A stretch of 64,000 nucleotides of DNA from assembly GCA_964036045.1 (NCBI GenBank), contig OZ038378.1, positions 20,770,001 to 20,834,000 of the forward strand. The letters run 5' to 3'. The DNA comes from Eutreptiella sp. 'Long Island Sound 2002'. Its lineage: Eukaryota; Protista; Euglenida. The notes beneath the pieces are model-generated. The model was not told the DNA's origin, did no database searches, and saw only the letters and a program-made list of their open reading frames with translations. Shown here one piece after another: positions 25,068 through 35,540 of this stretch; within the stretch, counting starts at the first letter, position 1, and every line of letters starts with the position of its first letter. Position numbers and translations under genes: made by a program.

Positions 25068-26534
25068 CTACACAGGTCTCCACAGCTGGTACTGTGGACC
25101 TCGCCGAGTCGCTGTGACCACATACCCAAAGTGTGGGGCTGTGTCGGATTCGGGTTCCCGCACAGGTGGCTCGCCTCCACCTTCATGTTCTCTCCTGCAT
25201 GCCCGCTTGGCGCTGTCAGGCAGGTCGTCACCATCGCGTTGCCGCTTGCGTCGGGCTGGCGTGTCGTCCGTCGCCGTTGGTGTCGCAGCGTCTGCCCCCA
25301 AATCACTAGCTGGGTCACCACCATCATCCGAGTCATCGACCACAACGTGTACCACATGCTCCTCAGCAGGTCTGCTGTCGCTCGCTGCAGCAGCAGGGTC
25401 ATCAGGAGTTGGCTCCACCTCGGTGTTCTCAGCCTCAGCACCCACACCATCCGTGACCTTCGGTCCCTCCGCTCCTTGAGCGACATCATCGAATTTCTCC
25501 AGCAACTCCACCGGCTCTGTCGTTGGCGTTTCCTCGTCTGCCGCATCTGGCCCCTCATCTGACGTGCAGGCGCTGGAGGTGTTAGAGTCGTCTCCCGGTG
25601 GTTCGGGGTCGTCCCTGTCCCCCCTAGTGAACATGGCTGCTGGGATCTTCGGCACTGGTGACCATGCATCCGCGGGCCAGAGTGACTTGGGTTGGACCAG
25701 TCGTCCCTCCACATCTCTGGCCAACCATCCGCTGTTCCCCACCGGCCATGGCACGTGGACTTCTGCCGGTAGTGTCCATCCTGGCGGTGTCTTCCAGTAA
25801 TGTCTGGGCTGGGCCTGTGACCACCAGCGGCCCCAGACTTGCAGCCCCCGCAACTTTCCGCCTTGGTGCCCCCAGGACACGGCCCCCAGCTTCTTGAGGC
25901 CGTGCCAGGCAGCTTTTGGGAGGTCCCGGTGTTGCACCACTTGCTGGAGCACCGTTTGTAGCACCGACCTTCCTCCTGGGACCAGCGGCTGTCGTACTTG
26001 CACGTGTCCAGGTCTGTGTTTCCAGAGATATGCCCTCCACGCCTCGAGAAAAGGCGAGAGGGCGTATGTGGTGACCTTCTTGTTGCGCTTTTCGTCCCAG
26101 AATGTGACGAACCCTGGCACTGATATCCACTCCCACGTGACGCTGGCCGCGCCGCCCACCCTCCAAAGGTACACGATGCTGCAAATGGCCAGGAACACCA
26201 GCCGGCCCCAGGCCCAGTGGCCCCGGCTGGTGGTGATCGTCTCGATGTGGTCCCATGTGGCGACCGGCTTAGGCTGTGCCCTGCGCGCCCATCCTTTACC
26301 AATCGCCCTGGCTTGCATCCAGTGGACCTCGGTAACCACCGCTTGGATGATGCGTAGCTTTTCCAGTAGCCGCACCCCTGAGATGAGTGCTGTCGCGCTT
26401 GACCCGCTCTTTCGCTTGGCTGCCAAGGCATTGAGCCTCCTCTCCACGGCGTCCACCAGGAGCTCGTCTGGTGTGCCGGCCAGCAGTGCTTGTCGCAGCG
26501 CGCTGGTGTACGTGTCCACCGACCCGGGTTCCAT
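25068..26534 (-). CDS. Tyrosine recombinase with acidic low-complexity C-terminal extension
   Basis: YLWRVGGA (Arg motif), WHGLKKLGA (HxxR variant), WGRW, RHY (Tyr 25799-25797). The frame is open a further 44 codons upstream, to the gag TGA. Confidence 0.85.
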   Translation of the reverse strand: MEPGSVDTYTSALRQALLAGTPDELLVDAVERRLNALAAKRKSGSSATALISGVRLLEKLRIIQAVVTEVHWMQARAIGKGWARRAQPKPVATWDHIETITTSRGHWAWGRLVFLAICSIVYLWRVGGAASVTWEWISVPGFVTFWDEKRNKKVTTYALSPFLEAWRAYLWKHRPGHVQVRQPLVPGGRSVLQTVLQQVVQHRDLPKAAWHGLKKLGAVSWGHQGGKLRGLQVWGRWWSQAQPRHYWKTPPGWTLPAEVHVPWPVGNSGWLARDVEGRLVQPKSLWPADAWSPVPKIPAAMFTRGDRDDPEPPGDDSNTSSACTSDEGPDAADEETPTTEPVELLEKFDDVAQGAEGPKVTDGVGAEAENTEVEPTPDDPAAAASDSRPAEEHVVHVVVDDSDDGGDPASDLGADAATPTATDDTPARRKRQRDGDDLPDSAKRACRREHEGGGEPPVREPESDTAPHFGYVVTATRRGPQYQLWRPV

Positions 26535-26666
26535 GACCCGGATGGCTGTCGCTCCCGTGCTTGACCCTGAGTCGGTGTGCGTGAGCCTCCGGACATGCTG
26601 TAACGCCTCCCATGCATCGCGGACTGTGGGGGCCCCAGTGGGGACCTCCGGGCCCCCCCCGCCCCT

Positions 26667-27671
26667 TCACTGGCCCTCCCTTGCCGGGCAGGGGTCTTTG
26701 GACCAGTGCATATGGCCACATTTTATGCACGGCGTGGGGGGCGGCTTGCTGGTGTCGTATGCCACTCCTTTCGCCGACACCCAGAGCCTGGTGTCGCCGA
26801 TCTGCTGGAAACCTCCAGTGGACCCCTTCTTGCCGCAGTCTGCGGCCCAGTGCCCGTCTTCGCCACACCGGAAGCACCTGCCCGGCTTGGCAGGCCGTCC
26901 TTCGCCAGCAGCTCCCGTCTGTTGCTTGGGTGTCTGCGGGGTCTGCGCGTTGTGCTGCTGGACTGTCGCCCTACCATTTTGTTTCGCCAGGATTTCCTAG
27001 TGTAGCACGTTCCATACCGCCAACACGAACTTGTCCTCTCGCCAGTTTTCCGCATTCAAAGGTCTGGTCTGCAGCTCTGCCACCGCGGATGCCAGCGTGG
27101 TCATCCACTGGTATGGCAATGCCCTGCCCAGCATTTTCGCTATCTCCTCGTCGGTGAGCGCCGGGGCCGCCCGCGCTTTTGCCTTCTCCATCTCGAGGGT
27201 GGCCCTGGCCAGCTTCGCCTCCAGTTCCGCTATCCGTTGCTTGTCGGGCGTTTGATCTGCTTCCACGATGGCGTATGCATCTTTGACGAAGATTCCCGCG
27301 TCGAAATCGGGTCGCATGTGCTTCCGTCCGTGATACACTCCCATTGCCCAGATCAAGTCCGCCTTGTCGGTGAAATCTCCTCCGACCGTATCCATGAACT
27401 GCCGCAGCATCTCATCCGACACGTCCTCCACCGCCAGCCACTCGTGCATGCCGATTTCCCATTCCGCCACGTTCATCTTGTAGGCCTCACTCTGGAGTAA
27501 TACCCTGTACGGCCCTGCTGTCCACTTCTTCCAGTCAGACCGCACCTGGTCCACCGCCTCAGTGATCATGTCCGCGGCTCTCTGATCCTGGACCACTTCT
27601 GCTGATGACGCGCTTGTTGCTGGACTGGCCCCCCCTTGTCCCGTACCCCCATTTGCATCGGACCCAACCAT
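26667..27671 (-). pseudogene. gag-like ORF with CCHC zinc knuckle; one premature TAG
   Basis: ATG at 27671 inside repeat A1, 335 codons with in-frame TAG at 26999-26997. CFRCGEDGHWAADC at 26876-26835, then YDTSKPPPTPCIKCGHMHWSKDPC. Confidence 0.88.
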
Positions 27672-27741
27672 CAGTGCAAAGGACACACTATGCAACACAG
27701 TCGGAGTCCTAAACTATAGTTTATATCCATAAACTAAGGTT
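27660..27741 (-). repeat. Split direct repeat A1 (5' terminus)
   Basis: Matches 22890-22971 with 2 substitutions. Confidence 0.95.
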
Positions 27742-30700
27742 CTGGACACCAACTACCCCCCCAACTAACTGTTGGCCGGAGGCCCCTCGGGGGGGCATGG
27801 GAGGGGGGGTTCAAGGAGGGGCGAATGGGTGGGGGGTCTAGGAGGGGCTTGGGGGGGGGGGGGGCGCTCCGGGAGGGTCGGTTGGGGGGGGGGGGGGCGA
27901 TCCAGGTGGGGTGATTTGGGGTGTTGGGGGGGGGGGGGAAGGGGAGAGGGGGCACAGGCTCCCCTTACCTCCCCTTGCCCTCCCTCTAACCATACCATCA
28001 CCATAAACCTAACCCTAACCTTTGCAGCCAGCTATGATGGCCATGCCAGCCATGTTGATTAGCCTGAACAAGATCCCCCAAATTTCGTTCATGGCGGCTT
28101 TTGCCATATCATTGCTCTCCATTTTGGACCCCAACACTCACTCTGACCCTAGCCTAGGGTGAGAGACAGGGCTAGGGTTAGGGCTATGGTTAGGGGTAGG
28201 GTTAGGTGTAGGGATAGGAGTAGGCTGAGGGTTGGGGGTGGGCGTTAAGGTTTAAGGAAAGTGTTGGGGTGCAAATTGGACAAAATTTTGCTTAGGGCAC
28301 CTTTGGTGTTCATGGAGCATCAGGCGCCTTAGGTGCCCAGGGACGCCTGAGGGCAACATCTTTGGCAACTAACTGTTGGCCGAAGGCCCCTAGGGGGGGG
28401 GGGGGGGGGGCAGGGGTAGTTGGCGCCCTAGGACCCGCAGAGTCGCCCCCCCCCCCCCGGGTGACCTGCTTTCGTCGATCGGCGTGATTTGTGGGATGCA
28501 GCTTTGCCAGTGAGAGTGTACGTCTTGTCCCACGGCTCACAATGGCAGCATTCTGCCCCTCGGCCTCCACCCTCCTGCCAGGCACCCGCAAGCAACGCAG
28601 GGTTGTGCGGTTTGGACGGTGCTCCTGACAACTGAGTCGCAGTTGAGGGCCTCAGAAACCTACGATTGCTTCAGGAAGAACTTGAAACTTCCCGATCTTG
28701 AGGTTGTCTCTCTCGCCACAGGGGGATGTCCTTCTTCCCCTTATCCCAATCACTGGCAATCTGCCATGGAGAGGGCGTCTTCAATGAGTGCATGTGAGTA
28801 AATTGCAGAAGTTCCGTGCGTAATTGGTATTGTGCGCGTCGTATTCCACCTTTCTTATCTGCGAAACTTGGGAGAAGGAGCAGTATGTCAACGATTGTGC
28901 AACCAAAGCCACAACTAGCACTGCGCCACCCCCCTTGACCAAGCTACGCCCGTGCCCCAAATTAATACAGTCCCCATGGAATGGCTGTGCAGAAATCAGC
29001 CCCTTGGCTGATCCATACTGTTAGGGTGGCAACCTTGGCTGCTAGCATAAAGCTAAGGTGCCTGGGCTGCTCGAGGACCTTTTGTGGTGGAAAAAAAAAC
29101 AAGGATGTGCATGCAAAATGTCGACCATTCACTGAATCTTCTACGCATTGTGTATTGTGGTGTGTGGTGCTCCAGACAGGGTTCTGTGTGTTGACAGCTT
29201 CACGGTAAACCTGGAATCATATGCAATCCATGTGGGCCTACCATTGAAAATTTAGCGCCGTTTCTGCTCCATATTCAGAGCGAAATCTCTTTTCCCGACC
29301 ACATGCATTGGGGCGGGGTGATGGCATACTGTGCACTGGTCATGGGGTCCTGCGACAGGGGCGTCGTACTGGACTGGCTGTCGTCGACGGTGGAAATCCT
29401 TGGCGCCTCGTCTGCCGTGTGAGAAAGACGGACTGCACCCGCTGGAGGTTGCGGCCCAGCAGGAAAGGTCGGGACGGTGCCTTGCAACTCAAAACGACCG
29501 TGCTCAGGATTGATGAGCCCGTTGATACCCACACTACAGATCGACAGGGTGCAGCAGACAGACCCACTTGCACACGATGCACTGCAATTTCAGCGCCCCC
29601 TTCCTTACGCTGGCGCAATTGAGGCAGCAGCACGCTACCAAAACGAAGAAACAGAGGGCTGGCATTAGTGAGGGACATCAGCCTGAGGGCTGCGTCCAAC
29701 TGCACAGGGAAATTTGCAGCAGTGCAGAGTGACAGTCTATATAGACTGAATACAGTAGAATGACAGTACAGTGCCAGGAAATCACAATGTGCCGGCATAT
29801 CTGGCGACCGGCATGGGGGTGGCTGTATTTGCCTGCCATTCACAGAAATCTGAAAGACAAAACCTGCACCGCCGGCGTACTGCGCGCACACCGAGTCGGG
29901 TTTTTGAACAAACCCTGGGCGAATGGTCTTTCCTTGGAGCCCCCAAAATTGTTGCACCCCAGAGGCTTTTGGGGTGCTTGCTGTTAATTTCTGGACATTT
30001 TTAGATGCTTGCTCTTAAATTCCACGTTTCTAGGTGTTTGCTGTTCTTTTTTTGGAGACCTTGGGGTGGACTTCTGGATGGTTGCTGTCCTTGCTCTTCT
30101 TGCACATCAAGGTCTTGATATTGCTCTGGTGCTTGCTCAGGGTGGATCTCCGGTTCAGGAGGGGGATGGACTGCATACATGAACTTCGATGCGATGTGCA
30201 CAGACACATGCTGATCTTCAGCGTCATACACAATGCCCGCATACTGCCCACACACGAAAAGGGGAGGCAATGGTGGCAGGCACCCTGTATCCATGCCTGA
30301 AGTGCATGCACTGCCCCGTAAACTGGGTGTGTCGACCCGGAATACATCTTTTTTGAATATTTTTTTTTCCATCCTTTCCATTTTACCAAGCGTGGCCAAA
30401 ATCAAATGGGCATTTGGGCAAAAAATGAGATCATGTGGACAAAACATGTGACAGAAAAATAATAAAAAATAAAAGACGAAAACTACAATCTGGGCCTGTC
30501 CTTGCAGAAATACACAGTGTACACCCCAATGATATGCACATGCCGCAGTTGAAGGCACTGGAATCTTGAATCTTGAGAGTAGTGGAAGGTAGTGGAAATA
30601 ACAGGCATCCTGGCTTGCAGTGCCGTGTGACCGCTATTTTGGGACCGAAACACATTCCCAAACGGCACAATCGGGTCCAGAGAGCGGTGAAAACAGCGCT

Positions 30701-30751
30701 GTGTTAACACCTACATTTGGGTGCCCCTTGTGCCCCTGCAGTGTGCAGTAC

Positions 30752-30916
30752 CTTTTCATGACGTCCAGCAGCTGCAGATTGGGCCCGTCCGGGAAAAAGG
30801 CGTGCAATTTGCCGATCAGGCGGTCCATCTCTGCAGTGACTGCAAGGTGCTGTAGCACTTGTGCTTCCGGAACGGGGGTCGACCGCTCAATACGCAGGGG
30901 GAACCGCAAAGTCAAG
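30752..30916 (-). CDS. Candidate host exon (unidentified large protein)
   Basis: ggcag|C...AAG|gtactg, 165 nt open frame LTLRFPLRIERSTPVPEAQVLQHLAVTAEMDRLIGKLHAFFPDGPNLQLLDVMK. Confidence 0.55.
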
Positions 30917-31319
30917 CTGCCAGTGATGCAGCGAGGGCCGTTGGCAGTGACCTGAGCAACACATGCACACCGCTCCGCTCAAATCTGTGGTCTGGGGCCC
31001 TCAAAGGAGAGGTAGAAATCAAATTGCTACATAACCCGTCAAATTGCAGGAAATCCTAGAAATTCAAAGCGGTATGCAACGCCCGCTGTCATGGGGAGCC
31101 CAAAGGAGGGGTAGACAGCAAATTGACTGCATAGCCCTGGTCATCTCCCGGGGGCCATTGCAGCAGCAGAACTCAATGTGGCTACATACCAATACCAATA
31201 CAAGAGCAGCAATGGAGTAGCTACATGATTTCTGCGGTCTTGGCGGGCCCAAAGCAAGGGCAACATGCATGCACGTGGCTACACAAGCCCTGACATCTCG
31301 AGGGCCCCAAAGGGGGCAG

Positions 31320-31790
31320 GAATGAAAAAAGCTACATAACCCCTACTTTCCTCGGGACACCAACGCAAGGGTAGAAATAAAATGGGATGCATCTTCGTAG
31401 GGCCAAATGTGGGGGGGTTTGTTGGGGTCGGGGCGGGGGGCAAAAATCCACGTTACTCCACACAAACCTTTCCCTCTCCGGTCCCCAAAAGAGGGAGGGA
31501 AATCAAAAACAGTAAACCCTTGCGGTCTCACAGGGCCCAAACAAGCGCCTCTGGCCCATTGCCTCGGGCCCAGCATAGAATGCGCAGAAGAAAAAGTAGC
31601 CATGCAACTTGATGATTGCGAGAGCACACAAAGGGGAGTAAAAATCCCGATGGCTCCAAACCCACTTCCATATTGGGGTGCCCAAGACGGGGGTGGAAAT
31701 CAAAGTGGGTACATACGCCCTACCGCCACAGGGCACCCCAAAGATAAAAATTCAGAGCACCTACATTACCCAGACGGTCCCGAGGCGTCA
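31320..31790. repeat. Dispersed satellite family with core GCTACATAACCCC (diverged copies)
   Basis: Same core and aaaatcaaaa(g)tgg spacer as 55850-56340 and 61270-62870. Confidence 0.7.
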
Positions 31791-33701
31791 AGTTCCAGCG
31801 GTTGCATGCTGCAAACAAAGTATGGTGTGCCAACCCCCTTCCCCCCTGCCGACTTGTTGGGACATCAAACTTTTCACAAAAACAGGGGCATTCACAAAAT
31901 GTATGGGTTTGGACACGTGCTATTAGATTGCAGCCCCAACCCCCCGCCCCCTTCCAGGAACCCCCAAACCACAACCATGGTGAACAATGGAACAACAAGA
32001 GATGTGGCAATGCGCTGCACATGCCATCTGGGCATAGCCATGGGGCACACCTCCAAATTGGGGGACCACGCCTGCACCACAATGCACGCCAGCCGCCGTC
32101 CTGCCAACGTGAAGGGCTTGCCCAAGAGAGAGAGCCCACTGCCGCTGTCCGTTCGATCCAAGAAGCGCGTGCACCCCAACTTGGCATCTGGGTGAACCGA
32201 AGAATGCGAGTCTTGTGCCAGTGCACGCCGTGACGCAAGCAAGCGCCGGGGGCAGCTGTGGAGGGGGGTCCGGCGTGTATGGGACCATGGTAGGGACCTA
32301 GGTGCAGCCCCCGACGGCGATACCCCCGAACATTGGCCCCCTGGTGGGCAACCAGGCTAGGGTCCGAGATAACTCAAAATGATCCCCTCGTCACACTGAT
32401 CATTTTCAACACACACAGGTGGGTTTTTGAAAAAAAAACTACCCCCTAGGGGGTCTGTTCCTAGCAGCGGGCTGGATGGGGGAGGTCAGGGGCCAGAAAC
32501 GTTTTGCATATGTATGTGGATTTGCCATGCAATTTTGAACACTTTGAGTACACATGAATGGGTAAAAACAAATTTTAACCCCACCCCAAACCATATGCTG
32601 AAAACACCATTGACCTGAGCAAACGCCTCAAAGAGAGTCCAGGGACTTTGAGGGGAAATCCCAAACTGTAGGCCGACAGCATTCCGCCCATCACAGTGGA
32701 AACACACCAAACAAGCGCTTTTGGCGCAGAAAAGCAGCAATAGGAGGGCCTGGTTGGTGCCACATGAGTTGATACGCATTCCCATTGTCACCAAATGATC
32801 ACCCAACAACAGCCCAAGGGTCCCCAGGGTTGTCAGAGGTCACCCAAAAATCGCGATGTTTCACCCCAACTTATGCCGGCTTGAAAATGGCTGCTACGCA
32901 AATGACCCCAAAAGAGGGTAGTACATGGCGCCCGCACCTGCACTTGATCTAACAACTTCTCTTCGAGGTCTTTTTTTTCGGGCGCCTTCAGCACCACTTT
33001 GGGACCGAATGTGGTCCAGAACTTCTAAACATTGTGGCCATTTTGGGGGTGGGGGAGGGTTGGTGTCAAGGGCTGCAGTTGGGCACAACATTCAAACAAG
33101 GACGGCCCAGCGTATTATACCAAGTGCAAACGTTACGAAACAAATACTTAAGCACATCACTTGGTCTGATGTGCCAGAGGGGAGGCGCACACTGAAGAAG
33201 GCAAGGAAGAACTATCCTCTCGAGCCACTTCAAATAACAACTTAACCATCAGAATCGCCATCTGGGACGGTTGTCCCGTTGTGCGCACCATCACTGACCA
33301 CCACATGCGCATACTACAATCTGCGTGATAAGACTGTTTTGTTTAGAAAGATGGGGTGTTACCGCAAAAGCTAAAGTAAATGTGCCAGTTGGAAGGGGGA
33401 GGGGAGGGGGGGAGGGGGGGAGGGATATGGTCTTACCCCTGAGCCCCCCCCCTGGGGACCGAGGTACATCAGCCGTAGTGTGCTTGCTGCCCAGGTAGGC
33501 TGCTACACATGGGGACATGAGGCATGGGCATTCCGATTGAGTCCTTCTTGGCGGAAGGCTGTCAGTGGTGGTGATGGGAGGTGGGGGGGTGAAGTAGTTG
33601 GAGCTCTTGGTTGCTTGTTGCAGGTCACGAACCCCGCACCAGAGCCCCTTTCCCCTTCGGTGGATGGGCACGCTGCGCGCGCGCGTCGCACAGGTGCACA
33701 C

Positions 33702-34070
33702 CTGGAAGGCCCCCGAGTTCCTTCACAAAGCGCAAGACTTCGGGCCACAGGGCACCGTGCACGGGGCAGAGGAGCCCCCGAAGCGTGACCCACAGCGCAA
33801 ATGGGCAGGGCCCTTCGGCCTCGGCTCCGCACTGCGCCTGCGCCTCGCGCACCGGGAGCCGCAGCGGCGGCAGCATGTCGCAGGGGTAGTCCAGGACCAC
33901 GCGATGGAGGCTGCCAGGCGTGGGTCCTGCATCGTCGTCCTGGGACAAGGAGAGGGGCAATGGCACATGCTGCTGCATCGCTTTGGATGAGAAGGCCCCA
34001 GGGCTCTGTTTCTTGAAGGGAGGGGGCGTCGCCAGGAACAAAGGCAGGAGGCTGTCAGGGGCCTGGAGAC
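33702..34070 (-). CDS. Candidate host exon
   Basis: ttttaacag|GT...CCAG|gtgtgc, symmetric phase 1, open frame ...HRVVLDYPCDMLPPLRLPVREAQ...FALWVTLRGLLCPVHGALWPEVLRFVKELGGLP. Confidence 0.5.
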
Positions 34071-34691
34071 CTGTTAAAACACTGGGGGCTGGAGAAGAGG
34101 TGGTGGTGTTTGGGGGGGGGGGGGGGGGCTCAAGATCTGGCGGTTGAAAAAAAATGGTCACTGTTTCTTGGCTGATGGTGCCCAGGAGTGCACCTGCCCC
34201 ACCTTGAGGCTTCCCTTCCCTTGGCTGCCCCTGGTACATGACACAGACCACGAGGACAGAGAGTGGGGGGCGGAAGAGAGGTGGGCAGTGACAGACACGG
34301 GGGTACAGGGGTGCACAGGGTACAGAGGGAAATTGCAGACAACAGAGACGTATGCATGGGCACACCCTCGCAGAGAGGGGGGCTTTGGGGTAACGGGGTC
34401 GGCTTCCTGTTCCTGCAGCGGGGCGGCCATTGGTGTGTGGGCCATCTCCGTAAGGGGAAACGGGAGTCTCTTCAGATCCATGGCCCGACGGGGAAGGTGA
34501 TGGCGCGAGGGTCGATTCCGTCCCCCACCGTGAGTGGCCGGTCCGGAAGCACAACCAGAAGTACACGGGTGCGCAGGGCTGGAGGGCAGGAGGAAGGGGG
34601 TACCTGCACTGTGCAGTCCACTTCATACGCCATTTTGTGTCCGCTCTGATACGACTCCCCTTTGCGTTGTGCAGCCCCCGTCCCCCCGCTG

Positions 34692-35540
34692 CAACCCCCC
34701 CCCCGTTCCGGCGAGAAAAACCCAATGTTCCGGCGCAACGTTCCGGCGAGCCGTTTTTTCAGCAAAAGAGGTTCCCGGGGCCCAGGATCTCAGTCCCAGG
34801 GCGCAAACACACCTTCCTTTTGGTTGTTCTGTAGTTGGAGTAATGTGGAAACCCAAAGCATCCCTCAAATTGTCAAAAAAATTTTTCATCTCTTGGTCAC
34901 TACATGGTTCCTGGTCAATAGTATGTCCGGACCTGCCACTGGTCCAGTGGTATATGCATTAGATGCAGATCTGTGAGCGTGGGTTCAAACCCCTCCAACG
35001 ACCCACCGAAGATTTTTCCACTTTTCGTCACTTGGCTCTGCCACCCACCGAAGTTTTTTTGCACTTTTTGTCACTTTGCTCTGATCTGCATCCAAAGCTG
35101 TCCTTTTTTTTTTCATGCAGAAACAAGTCTGAAAGCAAGGTGGCAACAGGCCGACAAATGCACACAAGTGTAGAGTTGCATCAAACTGCACTTCACATCT
35201 CAGACAAGTGTTTGACAGAACGGACACAGAAATCACAGACATTTCCCTCATCAACGTCAACATCATCTTCCCATTTCTGTTGCAATAACAGCTGCTCCTT
35301 CAGTTGCAGATCATGGAAATCAGTCATGGATGCCCCCTCGGAGCCACAAAAACAACATTTCAACATCTCTGCCAGTGGATGGACGAACAAAAGTGTTACT
35401 GGCAAAGTGGACGACAACGGTTGACAGTAGCAGCAAGCGTTTTCACTGAATAACATTGAGCCTCCCAGAATCACAACGTTCCGGCAAAACGTTCCGGCAT
35501 GTTCCGGCAATTCCGGTGACCGGAACGGGGGGGGGGGTTG
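34692..35540. mobile_element. 849-bp MITE-like element with 6-bp TSD
   Basis: CCGCTG at 34686-91 and 35541-46. TIR CAA-C10/11-GTTCCGG. Subterminal GTTCCGGC repeats at both ends. Confidence 0.85.
34933..35003 (+). pseudogene. tRNA-Cys(GCA)-like relic / Pol III A- and B-box inside the MITE
   Basis: A-box-like TGGTCCAGTGG (34940-50), gcattagaTGCAgatct resembling the Cys anticodon arm, B-box GGTTCAAACCC (34982-92) with 4/5 T-stem pairs. Acceptor stem does not pair. Confidence 0.45.

Larger units (their letters stand above)
22581..27741 (-). mobile_element. Tyrosine-recombinase retrotransposon (VIPER/TATE-like, split direct repeats), 5,161 bp
   Basis: A1 27660-27741 = A2 22890-22971 (80/82). B1 22969-23075 = B2 22581-22687 (107 bp, no mismatch seen). 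ORF order gag, YR, RT-RNaseH. GTT shared at both ends and at the B1/A2 junction. Confidence 0.95.
22555..28460. mobile_element. ~0.75-kb TIR element (E2, same family as E1) interrupted by the YR retrotransposon
   Basis: Direct repeats GCGACCTG (22547-54) and GTGACCTG (28461-68). Left and right termini match the corresponding E1 termini. Core has CCCTAA-like and TTAGGG-like tracts. Confidence 0.72.

Noticed and set aside
24992-26719. 575-aa minus ORF as an independent gene
   Set aside because: Mostly a shadow frame of the GC-rich YR ORF; only its last ~40 codons plausibly belong to pol.
24992-26999. Stop-codon reassignment (TAG read as sense)
   Set aside because: Three internal TAGs are more simply point mutations in a decaying copy; candidate host exons contain no in-frame TAG.
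25894-27000. 368-aa plus ORF
   Set aside because: Antisense to gag/YR with no recognisable motifs.
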